Shown piece after piece: positions 32,859 to 38,512 of a stretch of DNA of 38,512 nt (position 1 is its first letter; the number at the start of each line of letters is the position of its first letter). Origin of the DNA: Candidatus Omnitrophota bacterium (lineage in GTDB: Bacteria; Omnitrophota; Gorgyraeia; 2-02-FULL-51-18). The stretch covers positions 19,353-57,864 of the forward strand of contig JAHFFM010000001.1 of NCBI GenBank assembly GCA_023247935.1. The letters run 5' to 3'. The notes beneath the pieces were generated by a model. The model saw only the letters and a list, made by a program, of their open reading frames with translations. It did not search any database and was not told the origin of the DNA. The translations under genes and the position numbers were made by a program.

Positions 32859-34751
32859 TTAAATTTTCCTGACCATAAATAATTTATTCCCAGCCACCGC
32901 GTCTTCAATGCCCGAGTCGACCAAGGAGAAAACTTCTTTGCTCAGCGAGGCTCCTCTTTCAACAAGGATGTACTCGATGTGATACCGTTCGATGAATCGC
33001 GCCTGGCTATCCCCTATTGAGATAAATTTATTTTGTTTTTTCAAATCGTCCATAAATCCGTAAAAAGGGCTCCGCTCAAAGTAAGGTTTATAGCCATAAC
33101 GATTTAAAAGAGCGCGGTCTTTCGGCAAGGACACTTCCACCACCCATCGATAAGGCGCTGTGTACTTAATAAAAGCGGCGGAAAAACAAAAACGCGGATC
33201 GCTGGAGTAGCTGTTTTCATTCGCTGAATAGTAAACCCCGATCGGATTTTTGATGTCTTTGAGCTTCTCTTTAACAGCGGCTATGTATTTTCTGCTGAAA
33301 GCGTGATCTCTGTATTGATTCACAAATGAATAATTATAGACGGAGCACAATCCCTGAAAGATCAAAACAGTGGTGCAAAATAAAAACACTGTTTTCAAAG
33401 TTTTTTGAGAAGAAAGAATGCTGCCGTACAAATATAAGCAGCCGATGGCTGCCAAAGGTATCTGAACCACGGCAAAAAATTGCCAACCTTCATAATGGTT
33501 GTGAAATATCCCATAAAGAAAGAACCCTGAGAGGGATAAGGCGATCATGACCTGGCAAAAATGCCGATGTTTTTCAAGTGTCACGACTTCACCGAGACCT
33601 TTGTATGAAAAGAAAATTAAGAGCGCTAGTGGGTAAAAATAAAACCATGCGCTTTTAAAAAAAAGAAGGGCGCAAGCACCGATGACACGGGCGGAGGCCA
33701 TTTGGGAAATGTGCAGTTGATCGGAATAAAATTGATTCGAGCTTCCAAATAATACATAGAACAATGGAATAGCCGTAAAGAACAACAGGCTGATCATGGG
33801 AAACTCCGATAACGCTTCTCGGCGTCGCCTCACCACCTGATAAAGAAAATAGAAAAAAAGAGCGACGACTGTGATCGGCAGATAAAGAAAGTTAAAAATG
33901 GCGGGCACCCCCATCAAAACAAAAGCTAATTTGCCGGACTTCCTCATAAAGAGAGCGATTCCAAATAGACAGAGTCCAAGGTAGAGAGAGAAAATTTTTG
34001 GCATGAGAAAAACTGAGAAAGGATACCCGCCACTCTTAAAAGGGATTTGAGCGATCATTAAAAGAATCGCGAACGTGACAACAAAATCAATAGGTTTCAG
34101 TGTTTTCAGCGTTTCTAAAAATGCTGTCAAACCGGAATAAATTAATGTCATGAGCAGAGGAATCGCCAGATAGATATAGGTGGACAAAGAATCCGTCGGC
34201 GACAACGTTTGAAGAAGACTGAGAAACCACATCTCTCCATAATGATACGGTTGAAGCGCGGCGTCTCGAATGGCCGAAGTTAAAGAAAAATACCAGGGCG
34301 ACGAGGACTCAATTCCCGTTAGCCTTAAATATTCAGCGAGACTGGCGTAGGCGGCATCATCCCAATTAGAGATATAGACTAATTTGTCATCGAACATCCC
34401 GCTTCTAAAGCCTTGGAGCAGCATAAAAAAAGTCGTGACCGCCAGGAGGCCTAAAAGCAACGGCAGTTCTTTTAAAATCTGAACGCGATCTAGTCCAAAC
34501 TTAAAACGATTTTCTTGTTTCATCACGAATAGCACATAGAACATCATCAATAAAATAAGAATATGAACGCTTTTCCCGTGAGTCCAATAAAGCGAGAAAA
34601 ATACGACCGAACAAGTCCAACTTAACAGTAATTTAAAAAATAGCACCGTGGCAATCCCCAAAGAAGACGTGTCAAAAAATAAAAGGATCAAAGTGCCTAT
34701 CCCATAGGCGCTGAGGACTAACGCGTGATTCGCTAGGAGTAAAGGAAGCAT
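32859..34751 (-). CDS. Large polytopic membrane protein (about 13 TM plus ~150-aa C-terminal soluble domain), no recognisable family; GT-C-like or polymerase-like by architecture only
   Basis: 630-aa ORF that is strongly hydrophobic over its first ~470 aa. Early loop FDDKLVYISNWDDAAYASLAEY (acidic). C-terminal domain RDHAFSRKYIAAVKEKL...YHIEYILVERG. Confidence 0.5.
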   Translation of the reverse strand: MLPLLLANHALVLSAYGIGTLILLFFDTSSLGIATVLFFKLLLSWTCSVVFFSLYWTHGKSVHILILLMMFYVLFVMKQENRFKFGLDRVQILKELPLLLGLLAVTTFFMLLQGFRSGMFDDKLVYISNWDDAAYASLAEYLRLTGIESSSPWYFSLTSAIRDAALQPYHYGEMWFLSLLQTLSPTDSLSTYIYLAIPLLMTLIYSGLTAFLETLKTLKPIDFVVTFAILLMIAQIPFKSGGYPFSVFLMPKIFSLYLGLCLFGIALFMRKSGKLAFVLMGVPAIFNFLYLPITVVALFFYFLYQVVRRRREALSEFPMISLLFFTAIPLFYVLFGSSNQFYSDQLHISQMASARVIGACALLFFKSAWFYFYPLALLIFFSYKGLGEVVTLEKHRHFCQVMIALSLSGFFLYGIFHNHYEGWQFFAVVQIPLAAIGCLYLYGSILSSQKTLKTVFLFCTTVLIFQGLCSVYNYSFVNQYRDHAFSRKYIAAVKEKLKDIKNPIGVYYSANENSYSSDPRFCFSAAFIKYTAPYRWVVEVSLPKDRALLNRYGYKPYFERSPFYGFMDDLKKQNKFISIGDSQARFIERYHIEYILVERGASLSKEVFSLVDSGIEDAVAGNKLFMVRKI

Positions 34752-34755
34752 CTTT

Positions 34756-36081
34756 TTAATTTAAAATTGATTCGTATCGGAGTCTTGTTTGTTGCGCTAC
34801 CTGTTCCATTGTGGTTGGTTTGCGAATCTGAGATCGAAACTGTTCCAACAACTCTGGCTTTTGGAAAAATTGTTTTAATGCTTTTTCCCACGCGTCGGGG
34901 GAAGAGAACTGTTTCACTAGACAGCCATCAATTCCATCTTGTACCTTTTCCGCGACTCCCCCAAGATTGGAGCCTATGACTGGAATCCCCGCGGCAAAAG
35001 CTTCCAAAACGACCAACGGGCCTGTTTCCAGGCACTGGGACGGGACTGCTAAAAGGTCATACTTGGATAGAGTGGCGCGGACATCCCCACTGGGCACAGG
35101 CTCGCAAAAGAGAACTCGCGAATCTCGTTGAGCCATGGTCAAAATTTGTTTGGCGTAAACAGATTCTCTTCCTCCCTGAAAAACACCATAAACATCCAAT
35201 TGAATATTTAACGCGGGGTCGAGCAATAACGCTTCGAGAATCACGTGAAGCCCCTTTTCCCGGCTGATTCGCCCAAAAAATGCCACACGAAGCCTCGCAT
35301 CCAAAGAGTCTTCCCTTTTTTGAGCAACGTTCACCGCCAAACCTTGAGGAATGCCATGAGGAATCAACGAAATTTTTTTGGAGGAACATCCATTTTCTTG
35401 CAAAACCTGCCCAGCCCATTCATTCATCACGATGAAATGATCCACTGTCTTGATAAAAAGACGAAAGTTTTTGACGCGACTCTGCATCAACTCCGTCATG
35501 CGCAGTGCCGTCCATACTTTTCCTTTAAAACCGGCTCTTCTAATGATTTTTCCCACAAAAGAAGGCAAGCTTCCTATCAAAAATGCCACCCAGAAATCAA
35601 TACCGATCCCATGCAACATGCATCGGGAACACGTATGGAGCCGAAGCTGGCCATCGCATTGTTTTTGTCCCCATCGCAGTAATGTTCCGCGCGGACAACC
35701 GACCGTCGCGGTGTGATAGGTAAACATCACCTGGATTTTTCTCTTTTTCGCTTCGTGAATCGCTAAAAGCGAGACCCCTCGCGTAAGCGCGTGAAAATGC
35801 ACCACATTCGGCTTCTCTTTGTCTAAAATTCTACCGAAAGATTCCGCGGAAACAGGATCCCCCTCTCCGTACAACTCTCCCAAATCTTGAATGTCTTTTC
35901 CCACGACATATCTTTTTACTTTTAAACCATTTATTTCGTATTCTTCTTCCGATTTGGCGGGTGCGGCGATGATATTCGTCGTTCCGGTCTTATTCAACTG
36001 CTTCGCCAAGGACTCCACATACACTTCGACCCCACCAACTGGATCCGGATAAAAACAATAAGTGACTTGAAGGATTTTCAA
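34756..36081 (-). CDS. GT-B glycosyltransferase, family GT4, with a four-cysteine insertion in the N-terminal half
   Basis: (L/M)KILQVTYCFYPDPVGGVEVYV N-terminus. C-terminal ETGPLVVLEAFAAGIPVIGSNLGG (EX7E). Insertion GCPRGTLLRWGQKQCDGQLRLHTCSRC. Proposed TTG start 36079-36081 overlaps the upstream TGA (TTGA). The track start at 36135 is a GTG lying 58 nt inside the upstream gene. Confidence 0.8.
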   Translation of the reverse strand: MKILQVTYCFYPDPVGGVEVYVESLAKQLNKTGTTNIIAAPAKSEEEYEINGLKVKRYVVGKDIQDLGELYGEGDPVSAESFGRILDKEKPNVVHFHALTRGVSLLAIHEAKKRKIQVMFTYHTATVGCPRGTLLRWGQKQCDGQLRLHTCSRCMLHGIGIDFWVAFLIGSLPSFVGKIIRRAGFKGKVWTALRMTELMQSRVKNFRLFIKTVDHFIVMNEWAGQVLQENGCSSKKISLIPHGIPQGLAVNVAQKREDSLDARLRVAFFGRISREKGLHVILEALLLDPALNIQLDVYGVFQGGRESVYAKQILTMAQRDSRVLFCEPVPSGDVRATLSKYDLLAVPSQCLETGPLVVLEAFAAGIPVIGSNLGGVAEKVQDGIDGCLVKQFSSPDAWEKALKQFFQKPELLEQFRSQIRKPTTMEQVAQQTRLRYESILN

Positions 36082-37034
36082 GACGATTTTCTCGAAAGAA
36101 AATGTTTGAACGCTCTGTAATGCCAGGCCATCCACTCCGCGCCGCGGTATCCAAAAATTTTAGACGCAACAGCCAGGCGCTTGGGGCCTTGTGACAAATA
36201 ATTAGAATCCAATTTCTTTAAAATCATCTCCGCCTTCTCAAATATTTCCGGATCCTTTTTAAAACTTCCTCGAGTCACCTGCAAATAAACCTTAAGCAAC
36301 GCTTCACGGCGTTCCTTGTTCAGTCCGCCATGAGATTCCCACCACGTTTGAACCTCTTGGGCATTTACAAAGCAATCGCGCAAAAAAGCTTTGGGATCTT
36401 TTTTAGAAACAGACTCCTGCGAAGACTTGCGATAATACGCCATGACACCGGGGCAATAAGCGAACCGCGCGCCCTTCAAAGCGCAGTCGAGCACAAAACG
36501 CGCGTCTTGGATAATCGGTAAATTTTTTTTCCATTCCCCTACCGCCGAAACGATGCTACAGCGAAACAAATAAGCCGCCGGCGGACACCAGAAATCAGTG
36601 AACAAAGCCACTTCAGCCTCTTTGGGAATTTGGCGTGAAACCAGCCTCTTTTTGGCATAAGAGCCTGTCGGCGTTTTCTCAAGCTCTTGCCAATCCCCGT
36701 AAGCGACATCGGCTCCGGTCTTCTCCAGCATTTCCAGCTGTGTGCGCAGTTTTCCTTCGGCTAAAACATCATCCGCGTCTAAATATTGAATAAAACGTCC
36801 GTCAGAAGCTTGGGTACCGGTATTTCTGGCGTGGCTCGGGCCTTGGTTAGCGGTTTGGATCAAATGCACGGACGGAAATTTTTGTTTCACGACCTGAGCG
36901 CTTCTATCGGTGGATCCATCATCCACCACAATCACTTCCAAATCCGAAAGACCTTGAGAAAAAATACTGTTCAAAGCTTCCTCGATCCAAGGCTCGGCAT
37001 TAAAGCACGGGACAATGACCGAGAGTGTTTTCAA
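36078..37034 (-). CDS. GT-A glycosyltransferase, family GT2
   Basis: 318 aa. LSVIVPCFNAEPWIEEALNSIFSQGLSDLEVIVVDDGSTDRS and YLDADD. TTG start 37032-37034 overlaps the upstream TGA (TTGA). Confidence 0.85.
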   Translation of the reverse strand: MKTLSVIVPCFNAEPWIEEALNSIFSQGLSDLEVIVVDDGSTDRSAQVVKQKFPSVHLIQTANQGPSHARNTGTQASDGRFIQYLDADDVLAEGKLRTQLEMLEKTGADVAYGDWQELEKTPTGSYAKKRLVSRQIPKEAEVALFTDFWCPPAAYLFRCSIVSAVGEWKKNLPIIQDARFVLDCALKGARFAYCPGVMAYYRKSSQESVSKKDPKAFLRDCFVNAQEVQTWWESHGGLNKERREALLKVYLQVTRGSFKKDPEIFEKAEMILKKLDSNYLSQGPKRLAVASKIFGYRGAEWMAWHYRAFKHFLSRKSS

Positions 37035-38512
37035 ACGGTCTCCTCAAGCCACTCGAGGCATTTTTTTTGACCGGTCGCCAAATCCACTTGAGGCGACCAG
37101 CCAAGCATCGTTTTGGCCTTCGCCGAAGAAAATGTCGTGGAATAATTGCCGAATAAATCCGCCAGCCATTCGGGTGGAAGCGTCGCTTCTTTGACGCCCG
37201 CGCCCACATCCCCCGCGGAAACCGCTTTCGAAGAAAGCCCGGAAGATTTCTTTAAGAGCCGGTAGAAGGTTGGCATGTTTGCGGAAAAAAATTTCCGAGG
37301 AGAGTCTAAATAAGAAATTTGTCTTATCAACGATAAAGCCTTTGATTTGTTTCCCAGCGCGCCGGGTAGCGCACTCAACGCTTTCCATGATTTTTGATTT
37401 TTTAGCTCTCGCAGTTCTTGGCGGGTATACGAAGGGATTTTCTGCTCATATTTTTTAAGTAGCGGCGTTAAAAATTCTTTCCAGGTGCACACTCCGTCGT
37501 TCAGAAGAAAACGCTGGCCATGCGCTTCAAGGCAAGTCGAGGCCAATAAAACCGCGTTGATCAAATTATCGATAAAAATATAATTGGCCAGTCCCTTTCC
37601 ATTTTCAATCCAGCAAAAAGAACCATTCTGAGCCATCACAAAGGGCATCTGGGTGTATGTTTTTCCGCCGGGACCGTACACACAAGTGGGGCTTAAAATC
37701 ACAAGCCGGGTTTTGCCTGAGCTTTTAGCGCGATCTAAGCACCAACGCTCCATTTCGGCCTTGCTGTTTCCATATTCGCCGCCGATAGGACTGTAAGCAT
37801 CTTTTTCATCAACGGCCTTGGAAGGCCTCCCAAAAACATAAGCCGTGCTCAAAATCACGACGGCTTCCGCGCCTTCCTGAATCGCCGCCTCCACCACATT
37901 TTTAGTGCCTTGAACGGTAATTTCTTTTGGATTTTTTCCATCGCGCCCATAGGCCAGATGAAAAACATAACGAGCTCCTTGAATAGATTCCTTCACTTGC
38001 CGGAAATTCATTAGATCCATCTTGGGCATCGCCACGCGATAGCGGGCGATCGTGCACGCGCTTCGATACTGGCGAATCGGAGCGGTGATCTGAATGCCTT
38101 CCATGGCGTTGAGGCGCTCTATCAAGTGGGAACCAATAAAACCTGTTCCTCCGCTCACAAAAACCTTGGAGGGATTTAAAGAAATGCTTGTGCTGGAAGG
38201 CTGGCTGGCGGCAACACTGCCTTGGGCGCGTTGATCATAAGCCCATTCGATAAGACGCGCCGACGAAGCGGCTTGCGCGGCGCTTACCTTGGGTTTATTA
38301 TTTTTTTGAATCGCGGATGAGAATTGGAATAGTTGTTCAATAAAACAAGAGTCGAGCGTCGGCGACCAATCTCCCGATAAAAATGGCTTAGTCGCGGATA
38401 AAATCTGCGTTTCTCCCGAGGTGGGCTTCCAAAAACAATGCGCAAAATTATCTTTCTCTAAAATAATTTCGCCTAAACTCCCTTTTAAAATCAGAGTGTT
38501 GCGTAGTCGTCT
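37031..38512 (-). CDS. Extended-SDR NAD(P)-dependent epimerase/dehydratase with an N-terminal extension running off the window (5'-partial; probable multidomain fusion)
   Basis: SDR core KVFVSGGTGFIGSHLIERL ... YGNSKAEME (YxxxK). The track starts it at GTG 38156-38158. My hand translation of the same frame from 38159 to 38512 is open for 118 further codons (...LILKGSLGEIILEKDNFAHCFWKPTSGETQILSATKPFLSGDWSPTLDSCFIEQLFQFSSAIQKNNKPKVSAAQAASSARLIEWAYDQRAQGSVAASQPSSTSISLNPSK-VFVSGGTGF), with no stop and no ATG/GTG/TTG. The other two minus-strand frames contain multiple stops. Confidence 0.7.
   Translation of the reverse strand, partial: RRLRNTLILKGSLGEIILEKDNFAHCFWKPTSGETQILSATKPFLSGDWSPTLDSCFIEQLFQFSSAIQKNNKPKVSAAQAASSARLIEWAYDQRAQGSVAASQPSSTSISLNPSKVFVSGGTGFIGSHLIERLNAMEGIQITAPIRQYRSACTIARYRVAMPKMDLMNFRQVKESIQGARYVFHLAYGRDGKNPKEITVQGTKNVVEAAIQEGAEAVVILSTAYVFGRPSKAVDEKDAYSPIGGEYGNSKAEMERWCLDRAKSSGKTRLVILSPTCVYGPGGKTYTQMPFVMAQNGSFCWIENGKGLANYIFIDNLINAVLLASTCLEAHGQRFLLNDGVCTWKEFLTPLLKKYEQKIPSYTRQELRELKNQKSWKALSALPGALGNKSKALSLIRQISYLDSPRKFFSANMPTFYRLLKKSSGLSSKAVSAGDVGAGVKEATLPPEWLADLFGNYSTTFSSAKAKTMLGWSPQVDLATGQKKCLEWLEETV

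Noticed and set aside
1-38512. Scan for tRNA/rRNA genes, CRISPR repeat-spacer arrays, IS elements or terminal inverted repeats, integrases, toxin-antitoxin pairs and known defence genes
   Set aside because: I found no periodic 25-40-nt repeats and no transposase, integrase or nuclease motifs in any long ORF. The only non-coding stretches over 35 nt are 3883-4125 and 5599-5705, and neither folds into a cloverleaf by eye.

Overview
All 32 coding regions I can support in this 38.5-kb window lie on the minus strand. I saw no rRNA, tRNA, CRISPR array, transposase or integrase. Positions 4126-38512 form one nearly gap-free array of 27 genes (largest internal gap about 107 nt; twelve 4-nt stop/start overlaps). 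It reads as a very large glycan-assembly locus containing: (1) a WecA/MraY-type polyprenyl-phosphate HexNAc-1-P transferase fused to a ManC-type cupin; (2) about 12 cytoplasmic GT-A/GT-B glycosyltransferases (GT2, GT4, GT8, a GT8-like protein, a CgeB-like protein); (3) five polytopic GT-C-like membrane proteins, including a tandem paralogue pair; (4) a Wzy-like polymerase; (5) a UbiA-superfamily enzyme with the signature of decaprenyl-phosphate phosphoribosyltransferases; (6) a DPM1-like GT2 fused to a SAM methyltransferase; (7) four extended SDR epimerase/dehydratase-like proteins, one with an N-terminal extension running off the window; (8) a Rossmann-type flavoenzyme; (9) a NodU/CmcH carbamoyltransferase carrying an in-frame heptanucleotide repeat; (10) a second methyltransferase; and (11) a low-GC SGNH-like gene. 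A 243-nt intergenic region (3883-4125) follows, with a sigma70-like promoter and nested palindromes. Downstream of it a second operon encodes a MerR-type HTH protein, an ExeA/MshM-like AAA ATPase, a bitopic protein with a PilP/GspC-like C-terminus, a secretin, and a partial bitopic protein missing from the ORF track. The most interesting hypothesis is a lipid-linked pentofuranose donor pathway, similar to mycobacterial decaprenyl-phospho-arabinose, feeding several GT-C enzymes in a secretin-bearing (diderm) organism. No Wzx, ABC, Wza or Wzc export parts are visible in the window, and a secretin module sits immediately downstream. All functional calls rest on motifs read by eye. No database search was possible.
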